Below, in pieces: positions 46,770 through 55,253 of a stretch of DNA of 64,000 bases. A program made the position numbers and the translations under genes. The first letter of the stretch is position 1; every line of letters starts with the position of its first letter. The DNA is from Christensenella sp. (GTDB lineage Bacteria > Bacillota > Clostridia > Christensenellales > UBA3700), in NCBI GenBank assembly GCA_022784465.1, contig JALFUR010000004.1:77804-141803 (forward strand), in the 5' to 3' direction. The notes under the pieces are model-generated. The model was not told where the DNA came from. It ran no database searches and saw nothing but the letters and a program-made list of their open reading frames with translations.

Positions 46770-47885
46770 TTATGAGGATATCATAGAGTTCGAAGACGAT
46801 GACGCTGATTTAGAAGAATATGAAGAATAAACTTTCTTCTTCTCTTTAAAACTATCTGTAGCACATTTTTTTATTAGAGAAGTAATTTTATTGTTAATAC
46901 TTGTATCATAATAATAAGTTGCTTTTTGAAAAATATAAGTATTATTTATTTCTCTAAGTAAAGAAGAAGCAGAAAGGTTTTCTTCAAATAGTACTCGTGC
47001 GTAATTTTGATTTCTAAAATATTTAGCATTATCTATTTGGTCGCCACGTGAAGCTTTCTTAGATAGAGGTATATAAAGAACTTTTTTATTTAAAGCTGCT
47101 AGTTCAAAACATGATGTTGCACCTGCGCGTGAAACAATCATGCTAGCAGCTTTTATATAATTATGAATTTCTAAAGTAAAATCTATTGAGACATAATTTT
47201 TCATAGAATAATTTTTGCCAGACTTTCCAGTTATATGAATAACAAAAAACGTTTTACATAATTGTTCTAGTATCTGGTAAACCGTATTATTTATAATTTC
47301 TGAGCCAAGAGAGCCACCCATAATTAATAATATTGGTTTATTTTTAGGAATTTTATGTTTTGAGTAAACAGATTCTGCATTAGCGTTAAATAAGCTTGAT
47401 CTTAGTGGCATTCCAATATTTACATAGTTTTGTCTTTTTAGTTTTGTGCAAGGGAATGATGTAATTACTTTTTTAGCAAATAATGATGTAATCTTATTTG
47501 TTATTCCTAATGTACAATCTGATTCATGACAAATAACAGGTATATTTAGCAAAAAAGCGGCGATAACAACAGGGAGAGAAATATATCCACCTTTTGAAAA
47601 TACGATGTCAATATTATCTTTTTTTAGTTGTTTTAAAGATTTAATAATACATAGAGGAAGTTTAAAGGGTATAGATAGATTTTTAGATAATGATTTTCGC
47701 GAAAATTTGACTGCCTCAATGTTTCTAAAAACAACGCTTTTATATGGTTTTACAAGTGTAAATTCCATTCCATTACTATTTCCATAATAATAGATATTTT
47801 TAAATTCTTTTTTTAAATCATTTATTAAAGAAATATTTGGAATTATATGACCAGCTGTACCACCACCTGTTAATGCTAAATTCAT
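46770..47885 (-). CDS. murG: MurG-like GT28 glycosyltransferase
   Basis: From ATG 47885 (SD AGGAGG): LTGGGTAGHIIPN and SRAGATSCFELAA...IPL....GDQIDNA motifs. The ORF-track N-terminal extension would run into the tRNA promoter region. Ser-rich low-complexity C-terminal tail. Confidence 0.7.
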   Translation of the reverse strand: MNLALTGGGTAGHIIPNISLINDLKKEFKNIYYYGNSNGMEFTLVKPYKSVVFRNIEAVKFSRKSLSKNLSIPFKLPLCIIKSLKQLKKDNIDIVFSKGGYISLPVVIAAFLLNIPVICHESDCTLGITNKITSLFAKKVITSFPCTKLKRQNYVNIGMPLRSSLFNANAESVYSKHKIPKNKPILLIMGGSLGSEIINNTVYQILEQLCKTFFVIHITGKSGKNYSMKNYVSIDFTLEIHNYIKAASMIVSRAGATSCFELAALNKKVLYIPLSKKASRGDQIDNAKYFRNQNYARVLFEENLSASSLLREINNTYIFQKATYYYDTSINNKITSLIKKCATDSFKEKKKVYSSYSSKSASSSSNSMISS

Positions 47886-48001
47886 TGTGACCTCCTGTAT
47901 GAATAAAATATATGATATTATAAAGGTTGAAAATATTGCTTTTTTGTCGCATAAAGTATAGTTTTTTATTTTGAAATAATTTGGTGTATAATAAAACAAA
48001 T

Positions 48002-48078
48002 GCTCGTGTAGTTCAGTGGATCAGAACGTTTGTTTCCGGAACAAGAAGTCGGCGGTTCGAGTCCGTCCACGAGCACCA
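48002..48078 (+). tRNA. tRNA-Arg (anticodon CCG), CCA encoded
   Basis: Hand-folded cloverleaf: acceptor GCTCGTG/CACGAGC, D-arm GTTC/GAAC, anticodon stem TTTGT/ACAAG with loop TTCCGGA, T-arm GGCGG-TTCGAGT-CCGTC, 3' ACCA. Confidence 0.9.
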
Positions 48079-48271
48079 TATAGAAAGCATGGGTTCGATA
48101 CAGCAAAATATATTATTTTAAAATTTTTTGTATATTTTTATATTGAAATATTTTAATAATTATATATAAACTTTATATTACTCGGATCTGTACAAGTATA
48201 TGTCTTATACTACGAGGGGGCGTTTTTGAGTAACTTTTTATTGTTAATGCATTTGATTTAGTTAATCTGTT

Positions 48272-49534
48272 TTATATTAAATTCATTACAATTTTTAATT
48301 CAGATTCATCAATATCTAAACCTAAGATTTCTTTATACATTAATTTATAAACACCAAATTTTAATGCGCTTGTTATATCAAATAGCCAATTATAGTCCAT
48401 ATCTTTTTTATATAAAATTTTAGTTTTATTATTTTTAACTTCAAATTTGTTATTTGGTATATAATATCCGTCATGTACATAATAATTTCTTAAACTATTG
48501 ATTTCGTTTGCAAAGTATATGTTTGATAAATCTGATTCGTTAAATAAGTCTTTGTTGTTTTCAATAAAGTATTCTATTCTTCGGAAATTGCTTGCTTTCT
48601 TTTTTTCTTTCATGGATAATTTTTCTCCAATATACATATCAATGTATCTAAAATAAAATAAAAACTTATCTTCTAGTGATGTTGGGATTTTAAATTCAAG
48701 TGGTAAAAATTTGTTTTTATCTTGAGTTACTCTATAATTTACATCAAGATACATTTTTTCTATAAATTCAAAAAACGAATTTTTTATAATGCTGTAATGT
48801 ATTTTATTGTAGTGTTTTATATCTCCTAAATGTTTGTGGACTAATTTTAGTTCTTTATTGTTACTTGTGGTTATATATGTTTCATAAGATTTTAAAGCTA
48901 TTGGAAAATATGCATTTAAATAAATGTGCATTTCGTGAATATATTCAAGAACTTCTTCATATGTGATTTCATTAATTAAATATAATTTTATATAATTTTC
49001 AGTGTTTATATTAATACTTTGATGTTGATCTTTATTACTAACTGAACAACTTCCGCTCATAACTATTTTAGAAATATTGTTTTTGTTTATGTTTATTTCG
49101 TTTTTGTTAATTTCTGTTCTTTTTATTTTGTATTGGAAATAGTCTTTTGTTTCTTCGATATTTAAACAAGGATTTTTAAAGTATTTGGCTAGCATTGGAT
49201 GATAAAAAGTTATAGCTTTAATTTTTATGTTTTTATTAAATTCTGAAGTGTTTTCTATGTTGCTTGTTGAAAAATAAAAACTAGTTTTATAACTTTCGTA
49301 TGAATCTAAACTATAAGTACTTCCTGTGTTGTAAAATATAGGTGAGTATGCAAAAAAGTTGTTTTTATAATCTTTTACAATAATTGATTTATATATTATC
49401 TCGTTACAATATTTTATTTCACTATCGAAATTAGAATAATCATGTATATCAATACTCAAATTATTTCTTTCTTCTACATAATCTCCTTTGTAACAATCGT
49501 TATCATTTTCTATCATTACTTCACATAACGCCAT
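48272..49534 (-). CDS. HEPN-motif protein, ApeA-like abortive-infection candidate
   Basis: 420 aa, very AT-rich codons. Rx4H motif R349-NYYV-H354 (nt 48473-48490) in a helical C-terminal region, with a large uncharacterised N-terminal domain. The ApeA resemblance is architectural and from memory. Confidence 0.5.
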   Translation of the reverse strand: MALCEVMIENDNDCYKGDYVEERNNLSIDIHDYSNFDSEIKYCNEIIYKSIIVKDYKNNFFAYSPIFYNTGSTYSLDSYESYKTSFYFSTSNIENTSEFNKNIKIKAITFYHPMLAKYFKNPCLNIEETKDYFQYKIKRTEINKNEININKNNISKIVMSGSCSVSNKDQHQSININTENYIKLYLINEITYEEVLEYIHEMHIYLNAYFPIALKSYETYITTSNNKELKLVHKHLGDIKHYNKIHYSIIKNSFFEFIEKMYLDVNYRVTQDKNKFLPLEFKIPTSLEDKFLFYFRYIDMYIGEKLSMKEKKKASNFRRIEYFIENNKDLFNESDLSNIYFANEINSLRNYYVHDGYYIPNNKFEVKNNKTKILYKKDMDYNWLFDITSALKFGVYKLMYKEILGLDIDESELKIVMNLI

Positions 49535-49717
49535 TTCAAATTCCTCTCAAACTGTATTGAATTTTTCCATAAATATTTTTTCTGGTTAAATATTCTAATT
49601 TAAATAGTATATTTCGTAGTGTTATATAGTCAATATTAAATATTATAGGATATAAATAATTCTAGATGTTTTTGGTTTATAGTTTTTTAGATTATTTTAG
49701 TGTGTTATAATTTTTAT

Positions 49718-50482
49718 ATGAAAATTTCAAGAAAATATATTTTTTTAATAATAATTGCAATGATTGGTTTCTTGATGTCCATTTGTATTTTTTTTGATTG
49801 CAATAAAGTATTTCAATGGATAGGGAATTTAGGAGTAGGTGTCTTTTCATCTACACTTGTAGTAATTTTTCTAGAAAGAATAAATGATAAAAATAATTTT
49901 AAGATATTAGAAAATCAAAGGGTATATATTTTTTCCAGTTTTAAAAGAGATTTAATTTATACTCTTAAAACAGAGTTAGAATGTACTAGTGAATATTTAT
50001 TGCTTAATGAAGAAATTGAAAAAGAAGAAGTAAAAATTAATATTAAAATAGCAGTTGATTATTTAATTAATAATTTTGACACAGTTGAAAAATATTATTT
50101 TTCTAGGAGAAGCCCTTTGAGAATTAATCATGATTTTATTAATAAATCAAAAAAAGAATCTTATTTATTATGTGATATTCCTGTGCATATGTATAAGATT
50201 TTATATAAGGATATTTCGTTTCTCGAAGAGCATCTAGTTGATTATTTTTTAATGGGAGTTATAAATCAAAATCAGTATGAGGTTTTGTTGGGGGTGAATG
50301 GTTTGATTGATGAAGTTATTAGATATTCAGAATTAGGTATAAATGAGCATATAAATGTAATTGAGTTTGATATGAAAAGAATGTTGTTAAAAGAGATTAA
50401 AAGTATTTGTGAGTTGTTCAATCTTAATGATGATATAGTTTGTAAAATAGCGAAAGAAAAGAGTTGTATTAAGAAAAATTAA
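49718..50482 (+). CDS. 2-TM membrane protein with cytoplasmic helical domain, unknown function
   Basis: 254 aa from ATG 49718. TGtTATAAT (49703-49711) ends 6 nt before the ATG, so the mRNA may be leaderless. Two N-terminal TM helices. Confidence 0.5.
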   Translation: MKISRKYIFLIIIAMIGFLMSICIFFDCNKVFQWIGNLGVGVFSSTLVVIFLERINDKNNFKILENQRVYIFSSFKRDLIYTLKTELECTSEYLLLNEEIEKEEVKINIKIAVDYLINNFDTVEKYYFSRRSPLRINHDFINKSKKESYLLCDIPVHMYKILYKDISFLEEHLVDYFLMGVINQNQYEVLLGVNGLIDEVIRYSELGINEHINVIEFDMKRMLLKEIKSICELFNLNDDIVCKIAKEKSCIKKN

Positions 50483-50517
50483 TATACGAATATTTTGTAA
50501 ATTTTTAGGTAATATAT

Positions 50518-50997
50518 ATGAAATTCGAAGATGTATTAAAGTATTTAAGAGAATATATTGGATTAAATCAATCTGAGTTGGCAAGAGAATTAGATTTAAG
50601 ACAATCTCATATATCAATGTGGGAAAGAGGAGAAAGAGAACCTTCTATTTCGAATCTTATAGATATGTCAAAATATTTTAATTGTTCAATTGATTTTTTA
50701 GTTGGACAAGAAAGTGCAGATAAAGCTGTTTCTTTCTTGGATTATATTAAATCTAATGTGGGAAGAACCTTTAATACAAAAACTGGAAAACCTTATACAT
50801 ATGAAATTAGAAAGAATGGTTTAAGTATTAATGATGGTAGAAGAATACGTTATGTTCCATTTGATAGTTTAATTAAGGTTGTGTCATATAAATATGTTGA
50901 TAGACCAAAAGATTTGGTAAATTTAACTGGTAGTATTTATGTTTACGGATTAATTGTAAATTATTACCATGAAGTTTGTGGTATATATTTTTTTTAA
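50518..50997 (+). CDS. XRE-type HTH protein with ~95-aa C-terminal extension (possible R-M controller)
   Basis: 159 aa. HTH GLNQSELARELDLRQSHISMWERGEREPS. Located upstream of the two methylase genes. Confidence 0.7.
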   Translation: MKFEDVLKYLREYIGLNQSELARELDLRQSHISMWERGEREPSISNLIDMSKYFNCSIDFLVGQESADKAVSFLDYIKSNVGRTFNTKTGKPYTYEIRKNGLSINDGRRIRYVPFDSLIKVVSYKYVDRPKDLVNLTGSIYVYGLIVNYYHEVCGIYFF

Positions 50998-51082
50998 TAA
51001 ATAAAAATTATTAATATAATATAATATAATTTATGTTAAGATAATATATGGTATTTTTATTTGTTTCTAATGGAGGGAATAG

Positions 51083-52195
51083 ATGATTAGATTGGCCACT
51101 GTTTTTAGTGGGATTGGTGCTATAGAATCAGCTTTAGAATATTTAAATGAAGATTATAAAATTGTCTTTGCTTGTGATAATGGAGAAAGAGAATTAAAAA
51201 AATCTTATGATGAAATAGATGATTTAGTTGAAGGAAAGTCAGAAGAAGAAGTCCAAAATATAGTCAATAGGTTATATAGAGAAACAAAAAAAGAAAATTA
51301 TGTTAAGCAATCTTATTTTGCTAATTATAAAATTAATGATAATCAATGGTTTGAAGACATAAAATATTTGAATGGTAATCTTTTTGAAAATGAAATAGAC
51401 TTATTTGTTGGAGGAAGTCCTTGTCAGTCTTTTTCGGTTAATGGTAAAAGAGCTGGTTTAAAAGATATTCGAGGAACTCTTTTTTACGAATATTGTAGAA
51501 TTATCAATGAAAGTAAGCCAAAGGTTTTTATTTATGAAAATGTTAGAGGTATGCTTAATCATGATAAGGGTAATACTTGGAAAGTTGTAAAAATGATTTT
51601 TAATCTACTTGATTATGATATCTATATTCGTCAAAATGATGGAAAAGAAGATCCTATTTTGAATTCAAAAGATTATGGAATTCCTCAAAATAGAGAAAGA
51701 TTATATGTTGTAGGTTTTAGAAAAAATTTAAATATTCGTGGCTTTGAATTTCCTATAGCTGAAGAATTAAGTACTAGAGTAAATAATTACTTAGAGTCTA
51801 AAGTGAATGCTCAGTATTATTTAAAGCAAAAGGGATTTGAATTTGTAACGTCAAATCCTTCAAGGGCAAGAGTAGGAAATGACATAATTGGATGTCAAAA
51901 AGCAAATCAACAGTTTAATTGGAATGGCGATTTTATTTTTGAGCCTTTAGAGTCAATTATAGATCGACATGATGTTTTAGAAAGAGCATATGTTGGAAAT
52001 TGGAAAGGACAAGTAGGTGTATGCAGAAAGTTTACTCCAAGAGAGTGTTTGCGACTAATGGGCTTTAAAGATTCGTTTAAAATAATACATAAAGATGAAA
52101 TCATGTATAGACAAGCGGGTAATTCAATTGTCGTTAATGTTCTTATGAGATTAGTTGAATCAATCAAAAAAACTGGAGTGTGGGATAATGATTAA
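51083..52195 (+). CDS. DNA (cytosine-5)-methyltransferase, copy 1
   Basis: Motif I FSGIGA, IV GGSPCQSFS, VI ENVRGM, VIII QNRERLYVVG, IX RKFTPRECLRLMGF, X QAGNSIVV. Confidence 0.92.
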   Translation: MIRLATVFSGIGAIESALEYLNEDYKIVFACDNGERELKKSYDEIDDLVEGKSEEEVQNIVNRLYRETKKENYVKQSYFANYKINDNQWFEDIKYLNGNLFENEIDLFVGGSPCQSFSVNGKRAGLKDIRGTLFYEYCRIINESKPKVFIYENVRGMLNHDKGNTWKVVKMIFNLLDYDIYIRQNDGKEDPILNSKDYGIPQNRERLYVVGFRKNLNIRGFEFPIAEELSTRVNNYLESKVNAQYYLKQKGFEFVTSNPSRARVGNDIIGCQKANQQFNWNGDFIFEPLESIIDRHDVLERAYVGNWKGQVGVCRKFTPRECLRLMGFKDSFKIIHKDEIMYRQAGNSIVVNVLMRLVESIKKTGVWDND

Positions 52196-53342
52196 ATTAG
52201 CAACTTTATTTAGTGGTATAGGCGCTATAGAACAATCATTAATTAGGCTTCATCAAGATTATGAAATTGTTTTTGCTTGTGATAATGGCGAAATAGAAGT
52301 AGATATTGATATAGAAAAAGCAAAGAAAGAAATATCTCATTTACATAATAAAAAAGAAAAGAAAAAATATGTTGATAATTTATATTCTATTTCGAGAAAG
52401 ACAAATTTTGTAAAAAGAAGTTATCTAGCTAATTATCAAATCAATGAAGATGATTTTCATCTTGATGTTAGATTACTCGATGGTACAGATTATGCTGGAG
52501 AAGTTGACCTTTTAGTTGGAGGTAGTCCTTGTCAATCTTTTTCTTCTATTGGGTTTCAAGGAGGATTAGAAGATGCTAGAGGCACACTGTTTTATGATTA
52601 TGCTCGCATAATTCAAGAAGTTCAACCTAAAGTTTTTATTTATGAGAATGTAAGAGGGTTGACTACTCATGATGAAGGTAGGACTTGGGCAAAAATAAAA
52701 GATATTTTTATGAATACTCTTCATTATAAAATTACTGAACCTAGAGTTTTAAACGCATCAGACTTTGGAATTCCCCAAACTAGAAGAAGATTGTTTGTTG
52801 TTGGTATAAGAGATGATTTAAATGTTATGGATTTTGAGTATCCAAAGGGAATTGGCACGGAAAATCTACCATTTTATTTGCAAGATTTATTAGAAGATAA
52901 TTGCGCGTTTGATCCAATTAATTTTAATTATTATTATGATAAAAATGGAAATATTACAATTAATTCTATTCCAGGGCATCCTGATGAAAGATTTATTTTA
53001 ACACCAAAAGTTAGAGACTATGTTTTAAAAAGTGGTACAAAAAATTTTAGAACTTCAATAGAAACTGATAAGCCAATAGCAAGAACTTTATTAAAAACAA
53101 TGACTCAACATCATAGAGCAGGAGTTGATAATTATATTACCGTTGGTTTTGATTCTGAAGGCAAGAGAATTATTAGGTCTTTGACTGATAGAGAATGTAT
53201 GAGACTTATGGGATATCCTGATTCATTTAAGATTGTTGTATCTCCAATGCAAGCTTTTAAACAAGCAGGTAATTCAATCGTAGTTGATGTTATGATGGCA
53301 ATTGTTAGAAATGTAATAGGAACAGGCGTATTTGATATATAG
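52188..53342 (+). CDS. DNA (cytosine-5)-methyltransferase, copy 2
   Basis: Motif I FSGIGA, IV GGSPCQSFS, VI ENVRGL, VIII QTRRRLFVVG, IX RSLTDRECMRLMGY, X QAGNSIVV. ATG 52188 overlaps the stop of copy 1. Confidence 0.92.
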   Translation: MIKLATLFSGIGAIEQSLIRLHQDYEIVFACDNGEIEVDIDIEKAKKEISHLHNKKEKKKYVDNLYSISRKTNFVKRSYLANYQINEDDFHLDVRLLDGTDYAGEVDLLVGGSPCQSFSSIGFQGGLEDARGTLFYDYARIIQEVQPKVFIYENVRGLTTHDEGRTWAKIKDIFMNTLHYKITEPRVLNASDFGIPQTRRRLFVVGIRDDLNVMDFEYPKGIGTENLPFYLQDLLEDNCAFDPINFNYYYDKNGNITINSIPGHPDERFILTPKVRDYVLKSGTKNFRTSIETDKPIARTLLKTMTQHHRAGVDNYITVGFDSEGKRIIRSLTDRECMRLMGYPDSFKIVVSPMQAFKQAGNSIVVDVMMAIVRNVIGTGVFDI

Positions 53343-53355
53343 GAGGAAAAATAAT

Positions 53356-54321
53356 ATGAGAGTAACTAGAATTGATGCTTTTGATATGAATTTTGAAGAA
53401 TGTTCAGTAGCTAAAAAATATAAATTAATTGGCACTAGTGGAATGGGTGAAAAACGTATTTATGTTGGACATGATGAAATGATGCTTGATGAATTTTTTG
53501 ATCTTAACAACATTGAATGTTTTATGTTGTTAAAAAAAGATTTACAAAAATATTTGTATGAAGCAAAAGATGAGTTTTATCATCCTACTCAGGATTATAA
53601 AAATGATTTATCTGATTATTATGAGGAAAACGTTATAAATACTAATAATATTGCTAACGATGTTATTAAATTACATTTTGTAAAAAAATATGATAGTCAA
53701 AATAGATATTATCTTAATTTTAAAGATGATGGATATTCTTCTTCAAATTGGGATTTTTTAAGAAATATTGCTTTGCCTAGAGTTACTAAACTAAATTTTG
53801 TCAAGGTTAGAAATGTTGATAATAATAAGTTGTATATCTATATCAAACCTTCATTCTATATTGAAGAAAAAGTTGTTGAAGAAAAACTAATTGTTGAAGA
53901 TTTATTGGCTGGTAATAGACAGGCGGTAGAGAATCGTAGAAAAGGACAGGTACAATGGAGAATGAAACTTTTAGATATTATGCCTGGATGTGTTATCACA
54001 AAAGTTACAGAAGATCGAATTTTAGAAGCATGTCATATTAAGCCTCATAGTATTTCGTTATCAGAGGGAAAAATTGAAGAACTTACTGATGTTAATAATG
54101 GACTAATTATGACTCCTACCTTCCATAAATTATTCGATATGGGGTTTATTTCTTTTAATGATAATGGAACGATTTTGATTTCTCCATTTTTATCAAATAT
54201 GAATAAACAAAGATTAAGTCTAAAAGATGATGCACAATATCGCATTCCAAAAAATTGTGCAGAATATTTAGCTTATCATCGTAGTAATGTATACAATCAA
54301 ATTCCTGATCTACAAATTTAA
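53356..54321 (+). CDS. HNH-type restriction endonuclease candidate
   Basis: 321 aa from ATG 53356 (SD AGGAGG). C-terminal EACHIKPHS...NGLIMTPTFHKLFDMGFISF is the HNH_2-type nuclease motif. Immediately downstream of the methylases. Confidence 0.7.
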   Translation: MRVTRIDAFDMNFEECSVAKKYKLIGTSGMGEKRIYVGHDEMMLDEFFDLNNIECFMLLKKDLQKYLYEAKDEFYHPTQDYKNDLSDYYEENVINTNNIANDVIKLHFVKKYDSQNRYYLNFKDDGYSSSNWDFLRNIALPRVTKLNFVKVRNVDNNKLYIYIKPSFYIEEKVVEEKLIVEDLLAGNRQAVENRRKGQVQWRMKLLDIMPGCVITKVTEDRILEACHIKPHSISLSEGKIEELTDVNNGLIMTPTFHKLFDMGFISFNDNGTILISPFLSNMNKQRLSLKDDAQYRIPKNCAEYLAYHRSNVYNQIPDLQI

Positions 54322-54525
54322 AAGTGTTTAAGATTTCTTAATTTTAGTATATCTTTTTATCGGGCATGTTTATTTGTTTATTACTTGAGAAGTTTATGTA
54401 AAAAAAAGAATGATTTTTTTTGAAAAGAAAAAAGATTGCTCAATAACAAAAGATAATATTTCAGGTTGTGTAATAGTTTCTAGAATAAGTGAAAAGCTGT
54501 CAGAGATTAGAGATGTTGAATATTT

Positions 54526-54556
54526 TAGCCGACTCAATTAAGAGCCGGCTTTTTTA
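54526..54556 (+). terminator. possible rho-independent terminator
   Basis: agccg / cggct 5-bp stem with a long loop, then TTTTTT. Weak stem. Confidence 0.4.
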
Positions 54557-54592
54557 ATCTTACAATCAAATAATCCTTCATTGTCATATTTT

Positions 54593-54904
54593 TTATCCAA
54601 ATATATATATCATCTTAAGACGAATATTGTTATCAATATCCAAAGTCATAAATGGAATCAATATATTTCTATGGTTATATAAATAAATATTAAATTGTTT
54701 ATCTATAATATATAACTTAATAGCACAATATCCGTCTGTATAATATAAGCAAAAAGGAGCTGAAGATTCATTACAAAAGTATTCAAATTCAGTTCCATTT
54801 TTGCCATTACAATAATAAATATTTGTATCTTTAATTAATTCTTTGTCTAAGTTTTCTTTATTTAGTAAATCATTAAAGATTTCTTTAATTATTGTTTCAA
54901 TCAT
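54593..54904 (-). CDS. hypothetical protein (103 aa)
   Basis: Last gene of a three-gene minus-strand set. No recognisable domain. Confidence 0.45.
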   Translation of the reverse strand: MIETIIKEIFNDLLNKENLDKELIKDTNIYYCNGKNGTEFEYFCNESSAPFCLYYTDGYCAIKLYIIDKQFNIYLYNHRNILIPFMTLDIDNNIRLKMIYIFG

Positions 54905-54911
54905 ATTTCAC

Positions 54912-55238
54912 CTATACAGTTATATTCTTATTAGGTACATAACAAGCACCTTCATTCTCTATCGCCCTATAAGTAATACCATCAATAATTTTATGTATAG
55001 AGTTAGGCATACCATCTCCAAGAGCTTTTAATGTAATATCTCCTTTTGCAAGTAGATCATTCATATTAAGATTGATGTCTATTGTATCCTCTATTTTGTT
55101 AGCCTCAATAATATTGCAGCCTTTAGATTTAACATAAGCAGAGAATTTCCATAAAGCATCTACTTTGTTATAGCAATCAATTACAAAAGATAAATTGTAT
55201 TGTGGAGCATATCCACAAATTCTATAATTGTTTTCCAT
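54912..55238 (-). CDS. hypothetical protein (108 aa)
   Basis: Middle gene of the set, separated by 15-nt and 7-nt gaps. No recognisable domain. Confidence 0.45.
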   Translation of the reverse strand: MENNYRICGYAPQYNLSFVIDCYNKVDALWKFSAYVKSKGCNIIEANKIEDTIDINLNMNDLLAKGDITLKALGDGMPNSIHKIIDGITYRAIENEGACYVPNKNITV

Positions 55239-55253
55239 AGTTTATATCTCCTT

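Noticed and set aside
47886-47999. N-terminal 38-codon extension of murG reaching to 2 nt from the tRNA
   Set aside because: ATG 47885 has an AGGAGG SD and gives the canonical GGGT(A/G)GH N-terminus. The extension would occupy the divergent promoter region.
48091-48100. gggttcgata just after tRNA-Arg, resembling a tRNA T-loop. I considered it a possible second tRNA or an att remnant.
   Set aside because: The flanking bases do not form a T-stem or an acceptor stem, and there is no matching copy at the other end of the island.
48199-48207. 9-mer TATGTCTTA shared between the tRNA-proximal end (48199-48207) and the distal end (55902-55910) of the island, as possible att repeats
   Set aside because: It is too short and AT-rich to distinguish from chance, and it is not adjacent to the tRNA 3' end.
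51013-51030. (AATAT)x3.6 tandem repeat upstream of the first methylase gene
   Set aside because: This is short low-complexity AT sequence, typical of promoters in this genome, and does not amount to a meaningful repeat array.
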